Shown in pieces: positions 1-11,935 of a stretch of 64,000 bases of DNA; within the stretch, counting starts at the first letter, position 1; every line of letters starts with the position of its first letter. Made by a program: the position numbers and the translations under genes. Source of the stretch: Octopus sinensis (lineage: Eukaryota); the NCBI RefSeq assembly GCF_006345805.1, contig NC_043012.1, forward strand, positions 32,302,001 to 32,366,000. Direction: 5' to 3'. The notes beneath the pieces are model-generated. The model did not search any database, was not told where the DNA came from, and saw only the letters and a list, made by a program, of their open reading frames with translations.

Positions 1-42
1 AGAAGCATTGTTTTTGACAAAATAATGTGATTGCAAAAGAGT

Positions 43-255
43 TAACCCTTTAGAGTTTAGACTGGCCATATCTGACCCAAATATTCTACTTGTTTCATAT
101 GTTGACTGGCCAAATCTAGCCTCTCACACTTATCTAACAATGTCATTCTAAAAAATAAATAATCGCATTATTGAAATCTTGAAGCTATGAGAAAATGTGT
201 AATTAAATCAAAACAATGTAAATACATAAACATTCGTTTGTCCAAGTAATTTACA
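43..255 (+). mobile_element. Short non-autonomous DNA-element-like repeat beginning TTAA-CCC (piggyBac-like MITE); related copies at ~37535-37710 and ~38355-39012
   Basis: ttaaccctttag...actggccatatctgacccaaatattctacttg recurs at 37535 and 38360. Bases 1-46 resemble the far end of the 38355-39012 copy (aagcattgt...ttgaca.aataat.tga.t...aaa.a.ttaa). Confidence 0.45.
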
Positions 256-351
256 ACAACATCTTTATTGATTTTTAAATTTTTAAATTTTTATTCTATT
301 TTTTTTCTAGTGTCATCTTTCATAGACACTGCCGATGTAGGAGAATCAAGT

Positions 352-760
352 ATGAATAAAAATGGCAATGATATTCCACACCCTCATTGGTTGGCAGAGA
401 ACCGACTTACAACATTTCAAAACTGGACTAATAAACATGTGTCAAAGGAACGGATTGCTGAAGCTGGATTTATTTATACAGGAGGAGACAGCAAAGTAAA
501 ATGTGTTTTTTGTTATTTAATAATCGATGAATGGAATGAAGGCGATGACCCTTTCGAGAAACACCAAGAACTGAATGCGTTTTGTCCCTTTTTGAAAATC
601 CAAGCAAAAAAGACTGCATCAGAGAACAATATAATCGTACATAAACCCTATTTTCCACAATACAGTTCAAAAGGCTCAAGAGAACTAACGTTTGAAACAT
701 GGCCAAGAGGTCAATATCCACCGCCAAAACTATTAATTGATTCAGGATTCTTTTACACAG
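352..760 (+). CDS. IAP gene exon A: complete BIR1 and first half of BIR2 (acceptor ttttctag at 310, ATG 352, donor ACAG/gttagg)
   Basis: Translation RLTTF..W...AEAGFIYTG..KVKCVFC...W.EGDDPFEKH...CPFL carries the BIR CX2C-X16-H-X6-C zinc ligands. Second BIR starts RELTFETWP...SGFFYTG and ends in a phase-1 donor. The frame is also open from the acceptor (311) to the ATG, so an upstream coding exon outside the window is possible. Confidence 0.93.
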
Positions 761-1230
761 GTTAGGAACCATTTCATTATTTTCTGTTGATTGGTAATCA
801 TCGTTATCATTTAAATGTCTGTTTTCCATGCTGGCATTGTAATGTATCTACTCTGCATTTACACATTGTGTTTTATGAGGATGTGTTTGTAGTTTGTGCT
901 AATTACTAAAAACAATAAGACATCCATTAGTTTTTCTCTAAGTGTTGCTGCTGGTTAGAGCTACGGATATCCATTTTCCTGGGGAAAAGGATAAGTATTG
1001 TAAATACTAGTTGTTCCTTGTATCATTGTTGAAAATGGCTGATGCCATATGGAGGCCTGGCCCTCTGTTGGTTATGATGGTTATGAGTATTCCAGTTGAT
1101 TCGATCGTCTGAACAGCCTGCTCATGAGGTTAACATGCAAGTGGCTGAGTACTCCACAGACACACATATGCTTAATGTAGTTTCTTTAAGGGGAAAATGA
1201 TTTATTTAAAATAAAATATTAATCTTTATA

Positions 1231-3870
1231 TAATAATAATAATATAATAATGAAATTATTGTATACAGTGCTCAGGTGCACCACAACTTGTCAAAAGTGC
1301 GTATAGAGTATATGCAGTAATGTACAAATGTCTGGAAAGCGATCAGTGTATGAGTCAGATACATGCTTGCGTGTGTATGGAGGGGAGAAAATCAGGTGTA
1401 GTGTTGGTGAATCTCAGGAAGCATGGAAGTTTTGAAGGATGCAGTGCTCCGACAACTAACAACTGTTGCCGGCAGTTCATTCCATATTTCAGCAACTCTT
1501 AGTGTAAAAAAAATGTTTCCGAAAGTCATGGGAGCTGTGTTGTTTTCTGACTTTGTAAACATGTCCACAGGTGTTAGACAGAAGGCGGCGAGCTGGCAGA
1601 AACGTTAGCACGCCGGGCGAAATGCTTAGCGGTATTTCGTCTGCGTTACGTTGTGAGTTCAAATTCCGCCGAGGTCGACTTTGCCTTTCATCCTTTCGGG
1701 GTCGATAAATTAAGCACCAGTTACGAACTGGGGTCGATGTAATCGACTTAATACCTATGTCTGTCCTTGTTTGTTCCCTCTGTGTTTAGCCCCTTGTGGG
1801 TAATAAGGAAATAGGTGTTAGACAGATGGAGTTTGAAAAGGTGCTCAGAGTTATTGTTAGTAAGATGGTTAATAATTTTATGGGTGTCTGCCAAGTCAGT
1901 TGCCAGACGTCGGAGTATCAATGTATCCATGCCCAGGGAAGTAAGGTGTTCAGAGTATGGCAAATGCCTGATGGAGGGTATTCTTTTGGTTGCACGTCAC
2001 CGGAGGCTTCCAGACGATTAATATCCTGGGCAAGATAGGGGTTCCAGACTGGTGATGCAAATTCCAGGTGAGGCTGCACCATAGCTATATAAAGCCTCAG
2101 ATAGAAAGCCAGAGAGTGGCTCACAAAGGACTTGGTAAGTGATGCCAAGACACCCTCAGTCTTCTTGGAAATTTTAGCGATGTGTTTTGTCCAACGCAAA
2201 TCACTGTCAACAATAGCACCAGGTCACGTTCACAAGAAGACTTTTTGAGATTAATGTTGTGGATGGAGTAAGTAGACGCTGGGTTTTTCCTCCCAAAATG
2301 CATGGTGGTACATTTGTCCACAGCCAGCTTGAGTTGCCAGTCCATGATCCACTGCTGTATTGTGTCCAGGTCTGATTACAATAAAGATCTATAGTGTACA
2401 GGATCTGTCCTCTTTATTTCGAGGTACAGCTTGATGCCATCTGCACTGTGGCATTCTTTAAGTTGGCATCTATGTGTTTAACATATGCAACAAATAAAAG
2501 GGGGCCAAGAACAGATTCCTGTGGTACACCAGATGTCATCTCGTAGGGTGAAGAGTTCTGTCCTAGAACTGTGACAACCTCTTTTTGGCTGATAATGAAG
2601 GACTTCAACCAGTTATAGAGATCATCTCTTACACCATTTGCAGAGAGTTTCACCATAAGTCTTTTGTGTGGCACAGAATTAAAAGCCTTAGCAAAATCCA
2701 GGTAAACAACATCCACCCAGGAGCCGCCATCAGTGATTCGGGTAATATCCTCAAGAAACTCGATAAGTTGATTACAGCAGCTGGAGTTAGGAATAAAACC
2801 AAATTGTGACGGCTGGATGAGGCTGTGAGACTTCCAGAAATTCCAGAGGGTTTCTTTGACACAGGATTACATCAGTTTGGCAATGCAGCTAGTAAGACTG
2901 ACGGGGTGATAGTTGACAGGTGATGTGCGGTCACCTTTTTTGAACAGAGGGATAACACTGGCAGTTTTCCACTGCTCTGGAGTAACACCATTGTCAAGAC
3001 AGAATTGAAAGAATAATGAAAGTTGGTTCAGAATAAAGTACCCACCGCGTTTGAGAAGTAGGTATATAACACCATCGAGACCAGGAGAGGCATAGTTAAG
3101 TTTATTCTTAAGGTGGCGTTGTAGAATTGCTGGTGCAAATTTCATAGTAGTTATAGAGTCCGGTGTCAGAGGTGATGGAGATGGAACATTTTGATCTTCG
3201 ACAGTAAAGATGCCTGCATAGCATCAAGCAATGATTTCTGCACATTCTTTGAGGTTGTCAGTAATCTGCCCTGTGTGGGGATTGTGAAGGGGACCAACTG
3301 GAGAGTGGGGTCTCTGCTTTGAATGTAGATACTTCCAGAACACTTTGCTGTCAGGGTTGGTTGCTATGCACTGTTCAAATTCAAGCACTGCCTTTTTTGT
3401 CACCTGCTTGAGATGGTTGGCTGATCTATTGCACTTTTTCCTGTTGATCTCTGATTTGTGCATTTTGTATTCCTGTTCAGTATTACGGCGTTCTTTCCTG
3501 GCAAGTCGGACTGCTGCAGTCTACCAAATTGCACTATTGGGTAGTTTTTTGACCGATGCTGCACATGCCGGCCATATTGAATTCAGAATGTTCTGAAGTA
3601 TGGTGTTCGCATCTCCATAGACATAAAATTCAAGCCAGTTTGGGTGTCGCAGCTTGGTATAGGAGTTGGCAGTTTGAAGATGGTTGTGGTTTTTGTTACA
3701 ACCAATCAGAGACAAGTCAGCCATGATCATGGAATGATCAGAGTCACCTTAAGGTTCTTCAGTAGCGACACTAATAATTGTTTCAGGAGAAGCGGTAAAT
3801 AGTAGATCCAAAGTGTTGTTACCCCTTGTGGGGGAGGTAACAACTTGGGACCAATTTGAATTCAGCACTA
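1231..3870 (-). mobile_element. Degraded CR1/L2-group LINE (end of APE endonuclease, RT, C-terminus, 3'UTR, (ATT)n tail)
   Basis: Fragments NTLDLLF..SDH, SPGLDG..WKTASVIPLFKKGDR..NYHPVSLTSC, YLDFAKAFNSVPHKRL, SGVPQESVLGPLLF and GHVYKV..FFTLRVAEIWNELP. Stop at 1392-1394, many stops and frameshifts, microsatellite tail at 1231-1250. Confidence 0.88.
1583..1812 (+). mobile_element. tRNA-derived SINE family A inserted in the CR1 C-terminus, 14-bp TSD AGGTGTTAGACAGA
   Basis: Head ggcggcgagctggcagaaacgttagc and B-box-like gagttcaaattcc. TSD at 1569-1582 and 1813-1826. Removing it restores the LINE frame (LFKLHLSNT/CGHVYK). Confidence 0.88.
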
Positions 3871-4752
3871 GCTCTTGGTTATCTCACCCCCATTAAAAAA
3901 TTGGGTTATCTCCCCACTAAAAAATTAAGCTTATGAGGTGAGAACAGATTGGATTAAAAAGGGTTAGATCCTTTTGATTCAGTTACTTCAACACATTGTT
4001 GGGTTTTGGCCTCCTCAATAGGCATGGTAGGATTTGTTATGAAAATGTTCAACCACTTTACAGAGTGTGTTGGGTACTTTTACATGTTATTGCTTTTATG
4101 TGGTACTGGCACAAGTTCATTTTAAATATAAGAGAGTTTACGAAAAAAAGAAAAGACAAAGACAGGTGGTGTACAAAACAAACTAGTGTATTAGTATACC
4201 GCTCAGGAATAGAAAAAGTCTTTTACATTTTCGAACCTACGCTCTTCTACAGAAAGGGACACAGAAAAAACAAGGAGAGAAAAAAATTTTAAATATTACT
4301 GGCACAAGGGTATTTTATATGGCACTGGCATGAGAGCATTTTACATGATACCAGCACTACAAGACAAAGACCTCTTGGCTGGGAGGGAGAGAGTTGGGGC
4401 ATGGCCATAAAGCACATACCTGTATGGATGGCCATGATTTTACTTAACTTGATGTGTTTTCTCAAGTACGGCAAATCACCAGAGATCTCAGTCCCTTGTC
4501 ATCTCCTCAGTAAAGCCCAGCATCTAAAAATCCTTTCTCACTACTTCATGCCACATCTTCTTGGGTCTCCCCCTTTCACAGGTTCCCTTCACAATTAGAG
4601 ATCACCAATTTATATTGTTTTAATCTTTAATTTCTTTTTAATTTCTGAGATTAACACTAGCCACAAATTTATCTTGGAAGGGTATAGTTGATTGAATTAA
4701 CTTTCTTTTGCAAGATCAGTGACTGAATGTCACTTATTTATTTTTATATACT

Positions 4753-4886
4753 GAGGTCGACTTTGCCTTTCATCCTTTCGGGGTCGATAAATAAAGTACC
4801 AGTTTCGCACTGGGGTCGATGTAATTGACTTAATCCCTTTGTCTGTCCCCTCTATGTTTAGCCCCTTGTGGGCAATAAAGAAATAT
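4753..4886 (+). mobile_element. 5'-truncated SINE family A copy
   Basis: gaggtcgactttgcctttcatcctttcggggtcgataaa...tttagccccttgtgggcaataaagaaat matches 1670-1812. Confidence 0.8.
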
Positions 4887-5790
4887 ATTTATTTATATAT
4901 TGTGAACTGGGATGAATGACTGCTATGTCTAGCAGACAGGTGTACCAGTACTGAGGAAGGGTAAAATCCTGAAACCAGCTGGATAGGTGTTGTTCACAAT
5001 ATAATGGACACAGATATTGTGTCGTTAACCAACTGGAAGAGGTGTCCTCCTAGGGTTAAAAAGAGTAGTAACGTTGTTCTGTACCAAATGACCACACTAA
5101 GGTGGTAACAACCATTACTTTTCAGTAGAGTTACTACTTGCATCTCTTATACAGATTCTAGAACTAAGCTATTTTGCTTGTTGAAAAGTTATTAGCATTA
5201 TGACATCTTTTTTTCTTTTTTTTTTTTTTTTTGAAGTAAGGTAAGGGAATTTTTTTAGGAATTATAACCGTGTTTTGTGGTCTGCTACCACAACAGCTCC
5301 TTTATAGGATCCAGTTAGCTCAAGACATCATCAGGAGGAACCATGTCTGGTTTCGGCCCCTACTCCTCTACCGTTTTGATGTGGCGGGACCCCCGCCTTT
5401 TGGAGGTGTCTTCAGCTCTGGTGTTGGGTGCATGTCTTTCTTCTTTCTTCTATTCCCTGGCCTCTTTGATGTATCGTCAGCGACTGTCAGCCAGTGACTG
5501 ACTGACTTGTCAAATTTTTCCCTTTAAATACCTACCGCTAGGCTCCAGCAGGCAGCCCCAGCAAATTGTCTCTGGAATTTAATTTAAATTGATTAGGAAT
5601 TAAATGGAAATGTGGAGAAGAGTGAGTCTGATCTTTGGTTAATATAGAAACAACTCTATACATTTTGGTTTTATTAGACTTTCTCAGTGAAATATTGTTA
5701 CATATGCACTTACTAGATAAGACGGAAAAAAGAGATAAGAAAACATGAGTTTTCTTGTAAAGATTATTTATTCTTCTAAAAATTATTTAT

Positions 5791-6165
5791 AGGTATAGGA
5801 GTGTCTGTGTGGTAAGTAGCTTGCTTACCAACCACATGGTTCTGGGTTCAGTCCCACTGCGTGGCACCTTGGGCAAGTGTCTTCTACTATAGCCTTGGGC
5901 TGACCAAAGCCTTGTGAGTGGATTTGGTAGGCGGAAACTGAAAGAAGCCCGTCGTATATATGTGTGTTTGTCCCCCCACCATCGCTTGACAACCGATGCT
6001 GGTGTGTTTATGTCCCCATAACTTAGCGGTTCGGCAAAAGAGATTGATAGAATAAGTACGAGGCTTACAAAGAATAAGTCCTGGGGTCGATTTGCTCAAC
6101 TAAAGGCGGTGCTCCAGCGTGGCCACAGTCAAATGACTGAAACAAGTAAAAGAGTAAAGAGTTAA
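5791..6165 (+). mobile_element. tRNA-derived SINE family B with internal (TA/TG)n
   Basis: ggagtg.ctgtgtggtaagtagcttgct...gggttcagtcccactg (A/B-box-like) and a (gagtaaa)n tail. Near-identical copies at 27655 and 37019. Confidence 0.85.
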
Positions 6166-6294
6166 AAGTATTCATTGGTAAGGCAATTTAAAATAATGAT
6201 ATTGAAAAGTTTACATGTAGGATAACATACTTAATATGGTCTTATAATTAGTATTGAATATTTTGTAATGTTTTTATTCTGATTACTTCTTCAG

Positions 6295-6437
6295 GGAAAG
6301 GTGATAAAGTGCAGTGTTTCCATTGTTCGTTGATTGCTGGCAGATGGGACCCTAATGATGACGTGAATATCGAACATTGTCGACTGAGCAAAGATTGTGT
6401 TTTTATGAAGTTACTTATGGGACCTGACTATGTTCAA
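6295..6437 (+). CDS. IAP gene exon B: second half of BIR2
   Basis: Acceptor cttcttcag/GG joins the phase-1 exon A to give YTGKGDKVQCFHC..RWDPNDDVNIEHCRLSKDCVFM. Donor CAA/gtaagt, phase 0. Confidence 0.92.
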
Positions 6438-6464
6438 GTAAGTATTGTAGAACATCTCTATATA

Positions 6465-8094
6465 CAGTTGCGGCCAAAATGTTCAGAACAGCATTGTTTT
6501 TGTCAGAAAAGTAGGTATAAGTTTTTATCAAAGTTGTTTTAGTTTCTATAATTTTCACACACAATAAATACGATATTAATTGTTATTGTCTGAGATTTTG
6601 GTGTAATTTGAGAGGATAATACAAAAGTTATGGATGATTTAGTGATTCAGTGCAAAACCCATGGCGGCCAAAATGATCAGAATGGTTGCTTTTACTCCGT
6701 GTTTTAGTATATTTAACCGGTGAACTCTAATGTTTTGAATTTGTTTACCTGACAGTTAGTTTACTAAACATTAGTAAGAATATCTGCAGTGTACTTTGTT
6801 AATATAATGCCACTTACTCCGTTACCAATTCGTCAGCAGATTATTAAGCTTCGAAAGAAGGATAATTTAAGTATTGGGTCTATTGCAAAGATTGTTAACA
6901 AGTGAAAAAGTGTTGTTCACGGTATTCTTAAGGTCTACGATGATTGTGGTTCGTGTGAAGAAAGAAAGTCTACAGGTAGGCCAAGAAAAACGACCTAGAG
7001 AGAAGATCGTGCTATGGTAAAGTTGGTTAAAAAGGACAGATTTAAAACTGCTGCTGCTGTTTCTCGGGAAATGAGCATTGTACTGAAGAAAACTTTATCT
7101 CGAAAAACTGTGTCTCATCGTTTAGTTGAACATGACCTACAAGAAAGAGCACCTGCAGTGAAGCCACTGATCATCTCCAAGAATAAAAAGTGTTGTCTTA
7201 CCTTTGCAACCGAACATGTGTTGTGGTCTCAAGAAAAATGGCAAACGGTGCATTTCCGTGATGAATCTAAGTTTATGTTATTTGGCTCAGATGGGAAAAG
7301 GTACATTCTTTGAAAAGTAGGTGAAAAATTGTTGCCTAAATGCCTTAAGACTAGTGTTAAATTCGGTAGACGAAGTGTCATGGTTTGGGGGATGATATCT
7401 GGAGATGGTGTGGGCCCTTTGGTGCGATTACATGGAAAGGTAAATGCAGGAGTTTATAAACAACTTGTAAAAGATCATGTCTTTCCTGTGCTGAGAAATT
7501 CAACTAAGCGACCACCCATATTCATGCAGGACAATGCCCCATGTCACAAGGCTAAGGTGGTCATGAACTTCCTTAAGGCTGAAAAGGTTATTGTTATGGA
7601 TTGGCCTGCTCAAAGCCCAGATCTCAATCCTATTGAAAATGTATGGAATATTCTAGGAGAACGTTCGAAAGCCAAAAATCCTAAAACAACTGAGCAATTA
7701 TGGAATGCCCTTCAGGAAGAGTGGAATAAGATCACCCAGCAAGAAATTGAAAATTTAATTTCCTCATGCAGTCAAAGATGTCAGAGTGTGATTGAAGCTA
7801 AAGGGCTTCACACTAAATATTAAATAATTCCAGTATTCTCTGTCATTTTTGATTATTTTGTTATTTTTTTCAACTGTTCTGATCATTTTGGCCGCCATGG
7901 GTTTTGCAGTAAATCACTAAATCATCCATAACTTTTGTATTATTTTCTCAAATTACACCAAAATCTCAGACAATAATAATTGATATCGTATTTATTGTGT
8001 GTGAAAATTATAGAATATAAAACAACTTTGATAAAAACGTATATCTACTTTTCTGACGAAAACAATGCCGTTCTGAACATTTTGACCACAACTG
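6465..8094 (+). mobile_element. Full-length Tc1-family DNA transposon, ~224-bp IR/DR terminal inverted repeats, TA TSD
   Basis: TA-CAGTTGCGGCCAAAATGTTCAGAAC ... GTTCTGAACATTTTGACCACAACTG-TA. TIRs span ~6465-6688 and ~7871-8094, each with an inner repeat of the GGCCAAAATG.TCAGAA motif. Confidence 0.95.
6807..7823 (+). pseudogene. Tc1 DD34E transposase with three in-frame nonsense codons (6903, 6996, 7311)
   Basis: One continuous frame from ATG 6807: GRPRKT, DESKF, QDNAPCH, SPDLNPIE (34 residues between the second D and E). Confidence 0.93.
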
Positions 8095-9019
8095 TATATG
8101 CATTTCAGGATTTTAGTCACAAAAGTACTTTTAGTACTAGTGAAGTTTTAATAACATTTCAATTGTAAATACTGAAAGAAATATTACCCTGCAGGTAGTT
8201 TTTCTCTTGGTTTATGTAAAATATATTTATTATTTTATCATTTTGTGTATATATATATATAGGGTTTCATTGTTCAGTGTGTCCTTCCTTAATTTAAGAT
8301 GGTAAAATGTGATTTTAGGAAAATTTGGTAGCTATTTCTAGCAAGTTGAAAAACTACACAGAGGCCTTCCTTTGTTGGCTTGGAGTAACATGAGTTTTGT
8401 TTTTTAACCTCAGATCAGCTGTGATTGAGCAAACCTATGATAAAGCACTTTCCAGTTTTTGTCCAGTTTATTATAATTTCTAATAAATAGTTTATTTTTC
8501 ATTTATCAGTAATTCAAGTTAAACTTCTTAAATTAGTAGCAATTTCATTAAGTTTTCAGAGGACAAAATCTACAACAAATAAACAGGTCGGATATGACCA
8601 ATTTAAATGCTAAATGGCTAAAAGCAAGAATACTTGTAACATTTACGTATTACATATTAAATATAGTAAAAAAATAAAATCAAACTTTAGTATTTTGAAA
8701 CCGTTACCCAAGTCCAGATCATCCTTTAAAAGTTTAAAACATGGTTATTTTATTTGTCAACAATTTCTTGATAATTTAATATTTCTTGATGCATAAGGTA
8801 CCAAGCTGGCAGTATTGTTAGTGTACCAGGCAAACTGTGTAGCAGCATTTCATTTGTCTTTACATTCTGAGTTCAAATTTTGCTGAAGTCAATTTCGCCT
8901 TTCATCCTTTTGGGGTTGATAAAATAAGTATCAGTTGAGCACAGGGGTCAAAGTAATTGACTTACCCTCCTCCCCTGAAGTTGCTTGCTTTGTGCCGAAA
9001 TGTGAAACTAATATTTCTT

Positions 9020-9330
9020 CTTCATCATCATCATCGTTTAACGTCCGCTTTCCATGCTAGCATGGGTTGGACAGTTCGACCGGGGTCTGGGAAGCCAGGA
9101 GGCTACACCAGGCACCAGTCTGATCTGGCAATGTTTCTACAGCTGGATGCCCTTCCTAACGCTAACCACTCCGTGAGTGTAGTGGGTGCTTTTTACATGC
9201 CACTGGCACTGGTGCCAGGGGAGGCTGGCAACGGCCACAATCGGTTGGTGCTTTTTACGTGCCACCGGCACGGAGGCCAGTCGAGGTGGCAATGGCAATG
9301 GCCACGTTCGGATGGTGCTTTTACGTGCCA
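9020..9330 (-). mobile_element. RTE LINE 3'UTR fragment with (GAT)n tail; similar copies at 9585-9850(-), 12290-12450(+), 17190-17424(+), 18355-18495(+), 26288-26822(+), 28128-28328(+), 38518-38958(+), 54412-54850(-)
   Basis: Shared block catcatcgtttaacgtccgctttccatgctagcatgggttggac...ctacagctggatgcccttcctaacgccaaccactcc. At 17487-18070 and 47490-48890 this block directly follows the RTE ORF2 C-terminus. Confidence 0.8.
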
Positions 9331-10978
9331 CTGGCCAGTTAAATAGTTTCACAGTTGTTTTAAGCTTTCATTGTATACTTCACAGTAGATAAACATTAAA
9401 GCAATCAACCCCTGCATTAAGGATTCAGTTAGTGGATTCCGCAGAATGAAGCAGTAACAAAAACAACTTCACTTTACATTTTTTCAAATCAGTGTGAAAA
9501 TAATGAAGGCTCATAAATTCAACTCTAGGTTTATGCGTGATATGACCAGATCTCAGAATCTTAAAAGGATGTACAATTGAAAATCATCATCATCGTTTAA
9601 CGTCTGCTTTCTATGCTAGCATGGGTTGGACGATTTTGACTGAGGGCTGGTGAACCAGATGGCTGCACCAAGCTCCAGTCTTGATTTGGCAGAATTTCTA
9701 CAGCTGGATGCCCTTCCTAATACCAACCACTCCGAGAGTGTAGTGGGTGCTTTTTACGTGCCACCGGCACGGGGGCCAGTCAGGCGGTACTGGCAACGAC
9801 CTCGCTCGAATCCTTTTATACATGCCACCAGCACAGGTGCCAGAAGGCGCATTTTAAAATATTGGTTTCAAAATTTGGCACAAGGCCAGCAAGATTGCAA
9901 GAGGGAGTAAATCAATTACGTCACCCCTAGTGCTCAACTGGTACTTATTTTATCAACCGTGATAGGATGAAAGGTAAAGTTGAACTCAGAATGTTATGAC
10001 AGATGAAATGCTGTTAAGGATTTTGTGAAGATCATTTAAAAAATATTAGAAAAATGTCAAATATGAGTAGTTGTCCTAGCTCTTAAGAGCTAAATAAATA
10101 TATAAAAAATACCTACTTTAGTCCATAAGCTGTATATTTTCTCAACTTTATTGTCATTTTGAAATATTTTCAATAAAAATTTCATGATAGCAGGTTTTTT
10201 TAAAGCTTTTAATAGGTAAGGGCTATAAATTGGGGTATGTTCTTTGATCAGCAGTGAGTGGGGGTGGTCTAAAAAGAAATGAAACAAAAGTACTACTCCT
10301 CAGATTATTTTCTAACTGGTGTTAAATGAAAATTCATAAAATCTGCTTTTAGGACCACCATGTAGTTTATATATGAAGCCATATTTTTAAAATCTAATAT
10401 GGGTGTGAAACTGAAAAAGGGTGTTAAAAATCTATTCAGAAATGGTAAATTTTAACTGTGAACTTGATTTTACTAAGCTGGTTATAGTTTCTTATAATTA
10501 TGATAAAAGAAAGTTTGCAATTTAAACCAGATTGAAGTGAAAAAGTGCATGTAAAATTTCAGCAATACTTTACAATAAAGTAAAGGAGATTGTAAAAATA
10601 CAACTCAAATTGCTTCTTGTTGGCATCAAATGAAAGCTTATAAGCTTCACTTTTAGGATCATGTATGATGTATATGTGATGCAACAAGATTTTGAGATCT
10701 AATTTAAATGTAAAGTTTTAAAATATTAGCAAAATCTGTTTACACTATTTTTTATAATGTCTGAACATTTGGCATGTGAAATTGCTGAATATATATTTTT
10801 CTTAACAGGTTTTAGTTTCTCTGGATTTTAAAGCCTTAAAAATTGAAATTGGCTGAAATTCTAATCTTAAAATATTTAATCTATACATTTTTCAAAACAT
10901 ATTTTGCTAACATTTTAATGTAGATTGCAATTTTACTTGAATTTTGTTGTGTTATAGGAGAGTCATTACACCAATATC

Positions 10979-11090
<112 letters not shown>

Positions 11091-11470
11091 GTTCAATTCA
11101 CTAACGAAGAACCTTGTAAATGGTTACTTGAAAAAATAACCAAATTTTTCTCAAATCCCGTCCTGCTATCTTAAAGAGGAGCAAGGACACACTTCACAGC
11201 AGGTTCTTTGATGCACTGTTAGGAAAAAAAAAGAAACAGGATTATAACAGTTGTAATGCCTTTAATCCTAAGTCTACTGGATCATTCCTAATCTAGTGCT
11301 AAATAATATCAACACTACAATGCTATATTATGTTATATTACAGCACTTGCATTAATAATTGGCTTTAAAATTGATTTTGTATATTTGCACATAACTTCTA
11401 AAATATAGGAATTCATCTATAAATCTCTGTTCTAGATTCCTTTAAACAACTTTCATCAGTTTATTTTCAG

Positions 11471-11492
11471 AAATGTCAACCAGGCACAACAG
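11471..11492 (+). CDS. IAP gene micro-exon C (22 nt, KCQPGTT)
   Basis: ttattttcag/AAATGTCAACCAGGCACAACAG/gtaagt. It is the phase 0 to phase 1 bridge needed between exon B and exon D. Confidence 0.72.
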
Positions 11493-11534
11493 GTAAGTCA
11501 CTGCTGAATATATTTATCAATTGAGATTAAGAAT

Positions 11535-11935
11535 CATCATCATCATCATCATCCAGTGTTTTAAATCCGGGTTTTGTCTCCATTAGCAGGGGTGGCTAGA
11601 TCTACCTCAATGCCATAGTAACTGCCCCCACACCATCTCACCATCTCGCCTGGTTTCGGGTGTCCTCTCTTTTCAAACCAACCCTCCCAGTCTCCTCCTC
11701 TACCTGTCCACTTCACCTTTTCGTCAGTCTACCTCGCTTTCGTGCTCCATTTACCTCAAATGCAGTCACCCTCTTCAGAACATGCTCTTCATTCCTCCTC
11801 AACACATGCCCATATGCCCACCTCACTCCATTTGCCCTTACCAACCATTCCACTGATTCCTCCAACCCCAGCATTCCCATCAAATCCGCAGTCCTCCTCT
11901 CATCAAACAAGAATCCAGTATATTATTGTACAATA
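11535..11935 (-). mobile_element. RTE-clade LINE 3' end (diverged subfamily)
   Basis: LGLEESVEWLVRANGVRW.YGHVLRR...FEVNGARKRGR followed by a (GAT)n tail. Confidence 0.75.

Noticed and set aside
3870-5560. Possible ORF1 and promoter of the CR1 element
   Set aside because: I saw no recognisable ORF1 motifs; a TATA-like tatttaaa on the minus strand alone is insufficient.
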